DNA of 32,000 nucleotides from Aliivibrio fischeri ES114 (GTDB lineage: Bacteria > Pseudomonadota > Gammaproteobacteria > Enterobacterales > Vibrionaceae), in NCBI RefSeq assembly GCF_000011805.1, contig NC_006840.2; one strand, written 5' to 3'. The translations under genes were made by a program, and so were the position numbers. Every line of letters starts with the position of its first letter. The stretch's first letter is position 1. The notes below the pieces were generated by a model, which ran no database searches, had not been told where the DNA came from, and saw nothing but the letters and a program-made list of their open reading frames with translations. This document shows, one piece after another, positions 10,875-20,474 of this stretch.

Positions 10875-11957
10875 ATGAGTTATATGAAAGCGGCCACAGC
10901 GCAGATTGATATGTCTGCACTTGCCCACAATTTGCAAAAGATTAAACAACAAGCTCCGAGTAGTAAATTACTGGCTGTTGTAAAAGCAAATGGGTATGGC
11001 CATGGATTGCTGAATATCGCTAAAGGAGCTCAAGGAGCTGATGCATTTGGTGTCGCTCGTATTGAAGAGGCGCTGCAGCTTCGAGCTGGCGGTATTGTAA
11101 AACCTATTTTATTACTTGAAGGGTTCTACTCAGCAGGTGACTTGCCTATTTTGGTGACTAATAACATTCAAACGGCGATTCATTGTAAAGAGCAGTTAGA
11201 AGCATTAGAAAGTACAGACTTAGAATTTCCAGTCGTTGCTTGGTTAAAAGTAGATTCAGGTATGCACCGTTTAGGTATTCGTCCTGAAGAGTTTCAAGAA
11301 TATGTTGATAGACTACATGCTTGTAAGAATGTCGCTAAACCTTTGCGTTATATGAGCCACTTTGGCTGTGCGGATGAACTTGATAGTTCAACGACAACAG
11401 AGCAAATCGATACCTTTATGTCGCTAACAAAAGGGTGTCAGGGAGAGCGTTCTCTTGCTGCATCTGCAGGCTTATTAGCTTGGCCTGATAGTCGTTTAGA
11501 TTGGGTTCGTCCTGGCATTATTATGTATGGCGTTTCTCCATTTGCAGAACAATCAGCACAAGAGTTGGGTTATTTGCCTACGATGACTCTTACCTCTCAC
11601 TTGATCGCAGTTCGTGATGTAAAAGCGGGTGAAAGTGTTGGTTATGGTGCCATTTGGACCAGTGAGCGTGATACTAAAATTGGTGTTATTGCGATTGGCT
11701 ATGGTGATGGGTACCCTCGAACGGCTCCAAATGGTACGCCTGTGTTAGTTAATGGTCGTAAAGTCCCTATTGCGGGTCGAGTGTCTATGGACATGTTGAC
11801 CGTTGATTTAGGTCCAGATGCTCAAGATAAAGTGGGAGATGAAGCCATTTTATGGGGACGAGATCTGCCTTCTGAAGAAGTCGCAGAGCATATTGGAACT
11901 ATTGCCTACGAGTTAGTGACTAAATTAACATCACGTGTGCAAATGCAATACACCTAA
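10875..11957 (+). CDS. alr: alanine racemase
   Basis: 360-aa ORF with PLP motif [13 protein letters not shown], plus RPGIIMYG and [28 protein letters not shown]. Confidence 0.96.
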   Translation: MSYMKAATAQIDMSALAHNLQKIKQQAPSSKLLAVVKANGYGHGLLNIAKGAQGADAFGVARIEEALQLRAGGIVKPILLLEGFYSAGDLPILVTNNIQTAIHCKEQLEALESTDLEFPVVAWLKVDSGMHRLGIRPEEFQEYVDRLHACKNVAKPLRYMSHFGCADELDSSTTTEQIDTFMSLTKGCQGERSLAASAGLLAWPDSRLDWVRPGIIMYGVSPFAEQSAQELGYLPTMTLTSHLIAVRDVKAGESVGYGAIWTSERDTKIGVIAIGYGDGYPRTAPNGTPVLVNGRKVPIAGRVSMDMLTVDLGPDAQDKVGDEAILWGRDLPSEEVAEHIGTIAYELVTKLTSRVQMQYT

Positions 11958-13174
11958 TGAGAGTCTTCTTGAATTCATTTTCTTTTAAAAGCGCTACTGG
12001 TCTAGCGCTTTTTCTTATTTCCCACTTGGCTTTTTCAGAAAGCGATATTTGGCCAACATCTTTACCCGAAACCGCTGCTGTCCCTTTTATGTACTCATCA
12101 GAGAGTTTGGGGACTACCATAGGCGCTGCGGGTGTCATGAAAGGCGTTGGGCAACCTCAAGCAACATTGTTTGCCGCTGGTTTGTATTCCAGTAAAGGCT
12201 CTTATCTAACTTACTTATCAGCAAATAATTTTCAAATTAGCCATTCATGGTTAGTTGGCGCTAATGCTTATAATGCCAGCTTTAAAGACATGGATTACCA
12301 TCTTGGTGCTGCGGGTAATAATGATTCCTTGCCTGAACAAGAGGTGTTTACGGACAGTGTTGAAGCTCAATATCATTTAACTGCACAATATGTCTTGCCT
12401 ATCGGTAATGGGGAAAGTCTTGGGGCAAGAGCTGCGTATCAACCAGAACGAAAAATTAAGGGGTTTAATCCTCTTGATAGCGGTGTCTCGAGTATAGAGT
12501 TAAGTCCATTTTATTATTCTCGTGAATTGTCTGATGTTGCCGGATGGAATGAGCTTGAATCGAATTGGGGTATGAAGGTTCATTTTGATTGGGATAATCG
12601 AAATAGTGTTCGAAACACTACGCATGGTTCTCGCACAGAATTAGATTTTACCTATTCACCAGAAGCGAGTTCACAGCAAGAGTGGTGGACGTGGGAGTTC
12701 CAACAAAGTGCCTTTTTTGATTTAGGAAGTTTAGGCGATGTGATCAATAAACAAGTTTTGGCTTTAGATATGTATGTTGCAGATACGCCAAGTTGGGATG
12801 AGCAGCATCAACCACCTGAATACGCAGGCATAAAGTTGGGTGGGTTATATCGATTAAGAAGTTTTGGTGGTGGACGCTTTCATGGGCGATCTGCTGTGCA
12901 TTACTCTGCAGAATATCGTGTTATGCCTGATTGGCAGCCTTTAGAAGAATGGCCTATCTTTAATCTTTATGATGTGCCTTGGTGGCAGTGGGTCGCTTTT
13001 GTTGATGCCGGACGTGTGGCAGATGAATTTTCTTTATCGACACTTCATAGTGATATGAAATGGAGCGCTGGCGGTGCTATTCGTTTTCAGGTTGAAGGTA
13101 TTGTTGTTAGAACTGAAATGGCGTGGGGTAATGAAGAAAGCCAATTTAGAGTAATGATAAATCAGCCTTTCTAG
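11957..13174 (+). CDS. POTRA-less BamA/TamA (Omp85)-like outer-membrane barrel protein
   Basis: 405-aa ORF with signal peptide (LALFLISHLAFS), LGGLYRLRSFGGGRFHGRSAVHYSAEYR resembling the Omp85 L/VRG-F/Y region, FVDAGRV, and a terminal Phe. No N-terminal POTRA-length region. ATG overlaps the alr TAA. Confidence 0.7.
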   Translation: MRVFLNSFSFKSATGLALFLISHLAFSESDIWPTSLPETAAVPFMYSSESLGTTIGAAGVMKGVGQPQATLFAAGLYSSKGSYLTYLSANNFQISHSWLVGANAYNASFKDMDYHLGAAGNNDSLPEQEVFTDSVEAQYHLTAQYVLPIGNGESLGARAAYQPERKIKGFNPLDSGVSSIELSPFYYSRELSDVAGWNELESNWGMKVHFDWDNRNSVRNTTHGSRTELDFTYSPEASSQQEWWTWEFQQSAFFDLGSLGDVINKQVLALDMYVADTPSWDEQHQPPEYAGIKLGGLYRLRSFGGGRFHGRSAVHYSAEYRVMPDWQPLEEWPIFNLYDVPWWQWVAFVDAGRVADEFSLSTLHSDMKWSAGGAIRFQVEGIVVRTEMAWGNEESQFRVMINQPF

Positions 13175-13252
13175 ATATTTATAAGAAAAATGAAGTGAAC
13201 TCTAGTGTTCTTTCATTTGGATTGGGATAATGTTCACTAATAAAAGTTTTAA

Positions 13253-13268
13253 TGTGACCTAACTCAAA
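13253..13268. promoter_or_regulatory. candidate CRP-binding site upstream of pgi
   Basis: TGTGA-CCTAAC-TCAAA matches TGTGA-N6-TCACA at 9 of 10 core positions. Confidence 0.45.
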
Positions 13269-13388
13269 AAGGGTGAGCGTAGTTTTGGTCATAATAAATA
13301 AAGTTCACCAATTTTTAGATTCGTATAAACGGGGAGTTCTTAGCTACGACTTGGAACTTACAAGCATATTACACAGGATATTTTTACC

Positions 13389-15041
13389 ATGTTAAAAAAC
13401 ATCAACCCAACAGAAACTCAAGCTTGGGCAGACTTAACAGCGCACTTTGAAACAGCACAAGATTTTAATTTATCAGATTTATTTGCTGCTGATGCACAAC
13501 GTTTCGATAAGTTTTCAGCAACGTTTGGCCAAGATATTTTAGTCGATTTTTCTAAAAACTTAATTACTGAAGAAACAATGAAGAAGTTGTTTGCACTTGC
13601 TGAGCAAACAGAATTATCTTCAGCAATTACAGCGATGTTCAGTGGTGAAAAAATCAATAAAACTGAAGGTCGTTCAGTGCTTCATACTGCACTTCGTAAC
13701 CGTAGCAACACACCAGTGATGGTTGATGGTGAAGATGTAATGCCTGCAGTAAATGCAGTATTAGAAAAAATGAAAGGCTTCACAGAGCGTCTAATTTCTG
13801 GTGAGTGGAAAGGTTACACAGGCAAAGAAATTACGGATATCGTAAATATCGGTATCGGCGGTTCAGACCTTGGTCCATACATGGTATCTGAAGCTCTAGC
13901 ACCATACAAAACGCGTCTAAATATGCACTTTGTTTCTAACGTAGATGGTACGCACATTGTTGAAACACTGAAGCCGCTAAACCCAGAGACGACATTATTC
14001 TTAATCGCCTCTAAGACGTTCACAACTCAAGAAACAATGACGAACGCACACAGCGCTCGTGATTGGTTCCTTGCTGAAGCTGGTGATCAAGCACACGTTG
14101 CTAAACACTTCGCGGCACTATCAACAAACGCACAGTCTGTATCTGAGTTTGGTATTGATACTGACAATATGTTTGAATTCTGGGATTGGGTTGGTGGTCG
14201 TTACTCACTATGGTCTGCTATCGGTCTTTCTATCGCATTAGCGGTTGGTTTTGATAACTTTATTGAGTTGTTAGAAGGTGCTCATGAAGTAGATAAGCAC
14301 TTCGCTGAAACCGATCTTGAAAATAACGTACCTGTTATCTTAGCGCTAATTGGCTTATGGTATAACAACTTCCACGGTGCTGAATCTGAATCTATTCTTC
14401 CATACGACCAATACTTACACCGTTTTGCTGCGTACTTCCAACAAGGCAACATGGAGTCAAATGGTAAGTGTGTTGATCGTAATGGTAACCCTGTTGATTA
14501 CCAAACAGGTCCAATTATTTGGGGTGAACCTGGTACAAATGGCCAACATGCGTTCTACCAATTAATTCACCAAGGTACAAAACTTATCCCTTGTGATTTT
14601 ATTGCTCCAGCAATCAGCCACAACCAAGTAGGCGATCATCATCAAAAACTGATGTCTAACTTCTTCGCACAAACTGAAGCGTTAGCGTTTGGTAAAACAG
14701 AAGAGACAGTGAAAGCAGAATTTGCTGCTGCAGGTAAAACAGAAGCTGAAGTCGCTGAGCTTGTACCATTTAAAGTATTTGAAGGTAACCGTCCAACGAA
14801 CTCAATTCTTGTTAAACAAGTTACTCCTAAAACACTAGGTAACCTTATCGCAATGTACGAACACAAAATTTTCGTTCAAGGTGTGATTTGGAATATTTTC
14901 AGCTTCGACCAATGGGGCGTAGAGCTTGGTAAGCAACTGGCTAACCAAATTCTTCCTGAGTTAGCTGATGATAAAGCGGTAACGTCTCACGACAGTTCAA
15001 CAAACGGTTTAATTAACGCATTTAAAGCGTTTCAAGCTTAA
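13389..15041 (+). CDS. pgi: glucose-6-phosphate isomerase
   Basis: 550-aa ORF with [35 protein letters not shown] and [14 protein letters not shown]. Confidence 0.98.
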
Positions 15042-15067
15042 TCATTAGCTTATTGCGTTAACTAATT

Positions 15068-15098
15068 AAAAAGAGCTGACTTCGGTCGGCTCTTTTTT
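15068..15098 (+). terminator. intrinsic terminator of pgi
   Basis: AAAAGAGCTGAC-TTCG-GTCGGCTCTTTTTTT hairpin with T run, just after the pgi stop. Confidence 0.88.
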
Positions 15099-15115
15099 TA
15101 GATATTACAGGCAAT

Positions 15116-15144
15116 AAAAAAGGTTGATACCTAAATATCAACCT
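15116..15144 (-). terminator. intrinsic terminator for the cheX transcript
   Basis: Minus strand AGGTTGATA-TTTAGG-TATCAACCT followed by TTTTTATT. Confidence 0.75.
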
Positions 15145-15152
15145 CTATCGTT

Positions 15153-15197
15153 CTAGTCCCTAGTCCCTAGTCCCTAGTCCCTAGTCCCTAGTCCCTA
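15153..15197. repeat. heptanucleotide tandem repeat (CTAGTCC), about 6.4 copies
   Basis: Six perfect CTAGTCC units from 15153 to 15194 followed by partial CTA. The array abuts the cheX stop codon at 15198-15200. Confidence 0.97.
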
Positions 15198-15659
15198 TTA
15201 CTCAAAACAGATCTCAATAAATGCATTACCCCATTCTGAAGCAAATGGCATGATAATGATCGCACCTTCACATTTATGAGTAATGGTATGGCCTTTACCT
15301 GATACAACGATAGGCGTTGCCATATTAAATTCAAAGCCACTTTCAGAAAGAATGCGCTTTGCACCACCCGTAACCATATTGGTAATTTCACCAACCATGT
15401 CAGTCACTTCTTCATTAATGCTGTTTGGGCGTTCACCCAACATGTTTTGCATTACTTGTAGAGCAAGTTGCTCATCAAAAGTAATCGACATTGAACCTTT
15501 ACTTTGAGGGCCAACCATTCCTATTAGGCCTGATACATCACCACGGGCAATTTCATCTTTTTTGATACGAGGCTTTTGAGGTTTTAAGTCCATTGATGCC
15601 ATCGTTTTAATAACATTCATAAATGAAGCTAAGAATGGGTTTACAAATTCAGCGCGCAT
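15198..15659 (-). CDS. cheX: chemotaxis protein CheX / CheC-like phosphatase-family protein
   Basis: 153-aa ORF with MLGERPNSINEEVTDMVGEITNMVTGGAKRIL, typical of CheX. Confidence 0.85.
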   Translation of the reverse strand: MRAEFVNPFLASFMNVIKTMASMDLKPQKPRIKKDEIARGDVSGLIGMVGPQSKGSMSITFDEQLALQVMQNMLGERPNSINEEVTDMVGEITNMVTGGAKRILSESGFEFNMATPIVVSGKGHTITHKCEGAIIIMPFASEWGNAFIEICFE

Positions 15660-15686
15660 GGTGAGTGATGTCCTTTAAATATTATT

Positions 15687-16136
15687 TTAATTTTTCTTAT
15701 TGTTACTTAAACAAGTCTTGCAAGTGCCATGAGTTTCAACAATATGGTTCTCAACTGAAAAGCCGATTTGTTCAGCATGCTTAGTTAGCTGCTTAGTAAT
15801 ATCATTATCATGGAATTCAACAACGTCATCGCAAGTTCGACAGATGAAAAGTTGTGAGAAATGAGCGTGTTCACCGATCACACAGCAAGAAATATAGCTA
15901 TTTATTGATTCGACCTTATGCACAAAACCTTGAGTGACCAAAAAATCTAATGCTCGATAGATGGTTGGCGGCTTTGCTTGGGGTTCTATTTGTTTTAATT
16001 GTTCTAATAGATCATAAGCACTGATCGCCCCCTGATGAGTCACAATCAGCTCTAAAACAGTTAATCGTTGTGGAGTTAACCTTACTCCACGTTGTTGGCA
16101 TAGCAGCTCAACCTTTTGTTTTTGTGTACGATTCAA
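15687..16136 (-). CDS. zur: Fur-family zinc uptake regulator
   Basis: 149-aa ORF with GVRLTPQRLTVLELI, AKPPTIYRALDFLVTQGFVHKVES, HFSQLFICRTCDDVVE and CKTC. Confidence 0.88.
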   Translation of the reverse strand: MNRTQKQKVELLCQQRGVRLTPQRLTVLELIVTHQGAISAYDLLEQLKQIEPQAKPPTIYRALDFLVTQGFVHKVESINSYISCCVIGEHAHFSQLFICRTCDDVVEFHDNDITKQLTKHAEQIGFSVENHIVETHGTCKTCLSNNKKN

Positions 16137-16315
16137 TGAAAATATGTCTTATTTTTTGAACAAGTTGAGGAGTTTAACATAACTCTCGTTATTTTTTATC
16201 CACTATTTAGAGAATTATTATTTGTTATGTGAGTTGCCTAATAGAGTTTATGGGATGGTTGTTTGTGTTCTTATTATGTTAGAATTGAGGCCTTGATCAC
16301 TGAAAGAATTAACCT

Positions 16316-17302
16316 ATGAGCTCTTATCCACTACAACGTTTTTCTGTTGCCCCTATGCTTGATTGGACAGATCGTCACTGTCGTTACTTCCATCGTCAAT
16401 TATCTGAGCATGCGCTTTTATATACTGAGATGGTAACTACAGGTGCGATCATTCATGGTAAAGGTGATTTTCTTGCGTATAACGAAGAAGAGCATCCAGT
16501 AGCTTTGCAGCTAGGCGGTTCAAACGTTAAAGATTTAGTTCATTGTGCGAAATTAGCAGCAGAACGTGGTTACGATGAAGTAAACCTAAATGTGGGCTGT
16601 CCATCAGATCGAGTACAAAATGGCCGTTTTGGTGCTTGTTTAATGGCAGAACCAGACTTAGTAGCTGAATGTGTCGCTGAAATGAAAGCGGTTGTTGATA
16701 TTCCAGTAACGGTAAAAACCCGTATTGGTATTGATGACCAAGACAGCTATGAGTTTTTAACTAAGTTTGTTTCAACAGTTCATGAAAAGGGCGGTTGTGA
16801 TCAATTTACTATTCATGCTCGTAAAGCATGGTTAAGTGGTTTAAGCCCGAAAGAAAACCGCGAGATCCCGCCACTTGATTACCCACGTGCGTATCAAATT
16901 AAGAAAGATTTCCCACAATTAATTATTGCGGTTAATGGTGGTATTAAAACATTATCGGAAGCAAAAGAGCATTTAGAGCATTTAGACGGTGTGATGATTG
17001 GACGTGAGGCTTACCAAAGTCCGTATTTATTAGCGGAAGTTGATCAACAACTTTTTGGTAGTGACAAACCAATTAAAAAGCGTCGTGAGATTGTTGAGTC
17101 TATGTACCCATATATTGAACGTCAGCTAGAGAATGGAGCTTACTTAGGCCATATTACTCGTCATATGTTAGGTCTATTCCAAAGCATGCCGGGTGCGAGA
17201 CAATGGCGTCGTTATATCAGCGAAAATGCGCATAAGCCAGGAGCAGGCATTGAAGTGGTAAAAACAGCACTTGCTAAAATTCCTTCTGAATTAGATGTAT
17301 AG
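16316..17302 (+). CDS. dusA: tRNA-dihydrouridine(20/20a) synthase DusA
   Basis: 328-aa ORF with [49 protein letters not shown] and [10 protein letters not shown]. Confidence 0.96.
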   Translation: MSSYPLQRFSVAPMLDWTDRHCRYFHRQLSEHALLYTEMVTTGAIIHGKGDFLAYNEEEHPVALQLGGSNVKDLVHCAKLAAERGYDEVNLNVGCPSDRVQNGRFGACLMAEPDLVAECVAEMKAVVDIPVTVKTRIGIDDQDSYEFLTKFVSTVHEKGGCDQFTIHARKAWLSGLSPKENREIPPLDYPRAYQIKKDFPQLIIAVNGGIKTLSEAKEHLEHLDGVMIGREAYQSPYLLAEVDQQLFGSDKPIKKRREIVESMYPYIERQLENGAYLGHITRHMLGLFQSMPGARQWRRYISENAHKPGAGIEVVKTALAKIPSELDV

Positions 17303-17420
17303 ATTTTAGCCACTCTGTCGATAAATTAAGTTAGATACGTAAAAGAAGAGTATATAAATAAACCAAATCGTTTATTATTACTTCATATGAACCAAATAGC
17401 GTCGCAAATGGAGACTACGC

Positions 17421-18122
17421 ATGAACAAACTATCCCTCGCCACTGTTGTTGCTTCTGCTGCCTTAGTTATGGCAGTACCTGCACATTCAGCAGAGAAGGA
17501 ATTTACAACTAAAGTTGCTATTGATGCGTGGTTCCCTGATGGAAAAGTTGGTTCTAAAGATGGAGCAGTAAGAGATAATGATGTTGATGCATCACAAGCT
17601 TTCTCTATTGCGTTTGAACATCCATACCCAATTTTACCTAATGTAAAAGTACGTTATACACCAGTAAAAGCGGATCGTTTTGAATACGATCAAATTGACT
17701 ACACCGGTTACTATAAATTATTAGAAACTGATGGTCTGCAATTTGATGTGGGTTTAACACTAACTCAATTTGCAAACGGTGAATTTAATAAAGGTGGTTC
17801 TGTTTCTACTGACCCTGCCCAACCTGCAAACCAGAGTTTTAGCGAAACAGCAATAAACATGTATGCTGATGCATCGATGCACATTCCAAATACAAACTTC
17901 CATATTTTTGGTCAGTATGATTTTGGTAGCAGTAGTGATACTCGTACAATGGATGGTCAAGCTGGTGTGAAATACATTCTTCCTGTTGATGCTGTCGATG
18001 TTGAATTTAAACTTGGTTATCGTGTAATGGATCATGAGTTTGGTTATTTTGAAGGCTTTGATAGTGACCAAGCAAACGTCATGGTTGATGGCTGGTTTGG
18101 TGGTTTGTCGTTTGATTTCTAA
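17421..18122 (+). CDS. outer-membrane beta-barrel protein, TIGR04219-like
   Basis: 233-aa ORF with signal peptide (MNKLSLATVVASAALVMAVPAHSA) and alternating strand pattern, ending GGLSFDF. Confidence 0.75.
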   Translation: MNKLSLATVVASAALVMAVPAHSAEKEFTTKVAIDAWFPDGKVGSKDGAVRDNDVDASQAFSIAFEHPYPILPNVKVRYTPVKADRFEYDQIDYTGYYKLLETDGLQFDVGLTLTQFANGEFNKGGSVSTDPAQPANQSFSETAINMYADASMHIPNTNFHIFGQYDFGSSSDTRTMDGQAGVKYILPVDAVDVEFKLGYRVMDHEFGYFEGFDSDQANVMVDGWFGGLSFDF

Positions 18123-18163
18123 TCGATAAAAACTGTATCAACAATAACGAATTATTTTTAAGG

Positions 18164-18196
18164 TAGCGATTCAGGTGACTGAGTCGCTATTTTTTT
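18164..18196 (+). terminator. intrinsic terminator
   Basis: TAGCGATTCAG-GTGA-CTGAGTCGCTA followed by TTTTTTT, with one G-T wobble in an 11-bp stem. Confidence 0.9.
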
Positions 18197-18293
18197 ATTT
18201 TAAATTTGCTCAAATTACGTTTATTGACCATGCTTATAAAGTGGATACTGCCATAAGTTGTGTTATGGCTGTTGTCGTAAGAAGGATGCCGTT

Positions 18294-18524
18294 ATGACCA
18301 CTTTAAGTGAATTAAAATTAATGTATCAAGAAGATCAATTGGTTGAAGCAGTAATAGAACCCGTTATTGTTGAAGACTCTTGGATCGTTGAATTTCGCCA
18401 TGTCCGTGGTGGTCTGGTTTTATTAACGGATTTAAAAGGAGGAGAGGTGAAATATCGTGATTTAGAAGCAGCCTCAAAGAGCGCATTGGCTGTTGGTTTT
18501 AGTCAGGTAAGAATCAACGAATAA
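18294..18524 (+). CDS. small hypothetical protein (76 aa from the internal ATG)
   Basis: The ORF track gives 18258-18524. The ATG at 18294 (MTTLSELKLMYQEDQL) is a better start, with GAAGGA 7 to 8 nt upstream. Sequence has soluble, globular composition. Confidence 0.65.
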   Translation: MTTLSELKLMYQEDQLVEAVIEPVIVEDSWIVEFRHVRGGLVLLTDLKGGEVKYRDLEAASKSALAVGFSQVRINE

Positions 18525-18641
18525 ACGATAAAAGTCATCCCATTAACGCAAAGCAACCATTTCTTTCTTCCAAAAAGTTATAAAACATACTTATCTATTC
18601 TTTCTTGTTATAGAAAATTCTCGCTAATCTAACATGACGCA

Positions 18642-20474
18642 ATGAATAGGGATGTCGTCATGTTATTAAAGGAACTCTCCGCACTCGCTAGTCCACTAAA
18701 TGACCAACAAATAGGTCAGTTACAGCAAGCCGCTTCTGAATTGTCGCCACAGCAATTGGCGTGGGTCAGTGGCTACTTCTGGGGGATAAGCCAAACATCA
18801 GGTGCAACACAACCAATCAATCAAGCTGCCGCAGCGGTATCAAGCCAACCTGCTGGTAAGTTATCTATTATTTTTGCCTCTCAAACCGGTAATGCCAAAG
18901 GCGTTGCTGAAGCATTAAAAGAAGAAGCGGCAGCGGCAGGTATTGCTGTTGAGCTTTTTGATGCCAGTGATTACAAAGGTAAACATTTAGCAAAAGAAAC
19001 TCATGTCATTATTGTCGCTTCAACCAATGGTGAAGGTGAGGCACCTGATAATGCCATTGAGTTACATGAATTTTTACAATCGAAAAAGGCACCTAAGCTC
19101 GATAATTTACATTACGGTGTTATTGGTCTAGGGGATTCAAGTTATGAGTTTTTCTGCCAAACAGGTAAAGATTTTGATGCCTTCTTATCAAAACAAGGGG
19201 CAACACCGTTTATTGAACGTGTTGATCTTGATGTAGATTATGAAGCTCCGGCTGCAGAGTGGCGAAAGCAAGCTCTTGATAAAGTAAAAGAGGCATTAGC
19301 TTCTGAAGCACAAAGTGCGCAAGTGGTTCAGCTTCCTGTTGGACAAGCCGCTCATACCTCTCAATACTCAAAACAAAATCCGTATACCGCTACGCTATTA
19401 ACTAGCCAAAAAATCACAGGGCGAGATTCAGGTAAAGATGTTCGTCATATCGAAATTGATTTAGATGGTTCAGGATTAACTTATCAACCGGGTGATGCTC
19501 TTGGTGTGTGGTTTGAAAATAGCCCAGAGCTCGCTTCAGCAATTTTGAAGCAAGTCGGTTTAACGGGTGATGAAGCGGTTGAGGTAGATGGTGATTCAAT
19601 ATCGCTTCAAAAAGCCTTGGTTGAAAAATATGAAATCACCTCAGCAAATCCGCAATTAGTGACTCAATATGCTGAGTTGTCAGGCAGCAAAAAGTTAGAA
19701 AAGCTAGCAGCAGATAAAGATAAGCTTCGCCAGTATTCAGGGAATACTCAAGTTATTGATGTATTGTCTGAGAAAAAAGCAAAACTCACCGCAGAGCAAC
19801 TGGTTGGTTTGCTTCGTCGCTTAACTCCTCGTCTATATTCTATTGCATCAAGTCAGTCTGAAGTCGATGAAGAAGTGCATTTGACGGTAGGGGTTGTGGA
19901 GTATCTGCAAGGAGATGAAACACGTTTTGGTGGTGCATCTAGCTTTTTATCTCATCGCTTAGAAGAAGGCGATGATGTGAAAGTATTTGTTGAACACAAT
20001 AACAATTTCAAATTACCTCAAGATGATAATGCCCCAGTGATAATGATTGGACCAGGTACTGGTATTGCCCCATTCCGCTCATTTGTACAAGAGCGTGATA
20101 ACCGTGATGCAGAAGGTAAAAACTGGTTATTCTTTGGTGATAGAATCTTTACTCAAGATTTTTTATATCAGGTGGAGTGGCAGAAATACCTTAAATCGGG
20201 AATTGTGAATCAGCTTGATGTTGCTTTTAGTCGTGACCAACAAGAAAAAGTATATGTACAACACCGAATCTTAGAGCATGCCGCACAAGTATGGCAGTGG
20301 CTGCAAGATGGGGCGTATATCTATGTATGTGGTGACGCAACTCGTATGGCGAAAGACGTACACGAAGCATTGATTTGCGTTGTAGAGCAACATGGACAGA
20401 AAACGAGAGAAGAAGCAGAGCAATTTGTAAATGAGCTGCGTAAGGCAAAACGTTATCAAAGGGATGTGTACTAA
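18642..20474 (+). CDS. cysJ: sulfite reductase (NADPH) flavoprotein alpha subunit
   Basis: 610-aa ORF with flavodoxin domain [18 protein letters not shown] domain RLYSIASS and NADPH domain [14 protein letters not shown]; ends KRYQRDVY. Start may be 18642 or 18660. Confidence 0.97.
   Translation: MNRDVVMLLKELSALASPLNDQQIGQLQQAASELSPQQLAWVSGYFWGISQTSGATQPINQAAAAVSSQPAGKLSIIFASQTGNAKGVAEALKEEAAAAGIAVELFDASDYKGKHLAKETHVIIVASTNGEGEAPDNAIELHEFLQSKKAPKLDNLHYGVIGLGDSSYEFFCQTGKDFDAFLSKQGATPFIERVDLDVDYEAPAAEWRKQALDKVKEALASEAQSAQVVQLPVGQAAHTSQYSKQNPYTATLLTSQKITGRDSGKDVRHIEIDLDGSGLTYQPGDALGVWFENSPELASAILKQVGLTGDEAVEVDGDSISLQKALVEKYEITSANPQLVTQYAELSGSKKLEKLAADKDKLRQYSGNTQVIDVLSEKKAKLTAEQLVGLLRRLTPRLYSIASSQSEVDEEVHLTVGVVEYLQGDETRFGGASSFLSHRLEEGDDVKVFVEHNNNFKLPQDDNAPVIMIGPGTGIAPFRSFVQERDNRDAEGKNWLFFGDRIFTQDFLYQVEWQKYLKSGIVNQLDVAFSRDQQEKVYVQHRILEHAAQVWQWLQDGAYIYVCGDATRMAKDVHEALICVVEQHGQKTREEAEQFVNELRKAKRYQRDVY

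Noticed and set aside
9983-10952. Antisense ORFs (123, 70 and 88 aa) inside dnaB and alr
   Set aside because: Embedded opposite strongly conserved genes. Low-complexity Ser-rich translations are typical of antisense frames.
8282-13174. The outer-membrane protein genes as parts of one novel envelope system
   Set aside because: They are on different strands with core genes (dnaB, alr) between them, and nothing in the sequence links them functionally.
14059-14565. Short plus-strand ORFs (60 and 71 aa) within pgi
   Set aside because: Out-of-frame within a highly conserved gene, with no support.
15153-15197. Possible CRISPR-like array
   Set aside because: It is a direct 7-bp tandem repeat with no spacers, and there are no cas genes nearby.
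17760-18071. 103-aa minus-strand ORF opposite the TIGR04219-like gene
   Set aside because: Entirely antisense to a well-formed signal-peptide barrel gene, and composition does not suggest a real protein.
18525-18641. CysB-binding sites upstream of cysJ and cysD
   Set aside because: CysB control is expected from known biology, but the consensus is loose and I could not identify a convincing shared motif by eye between the cysJ and cysD upstream regions.
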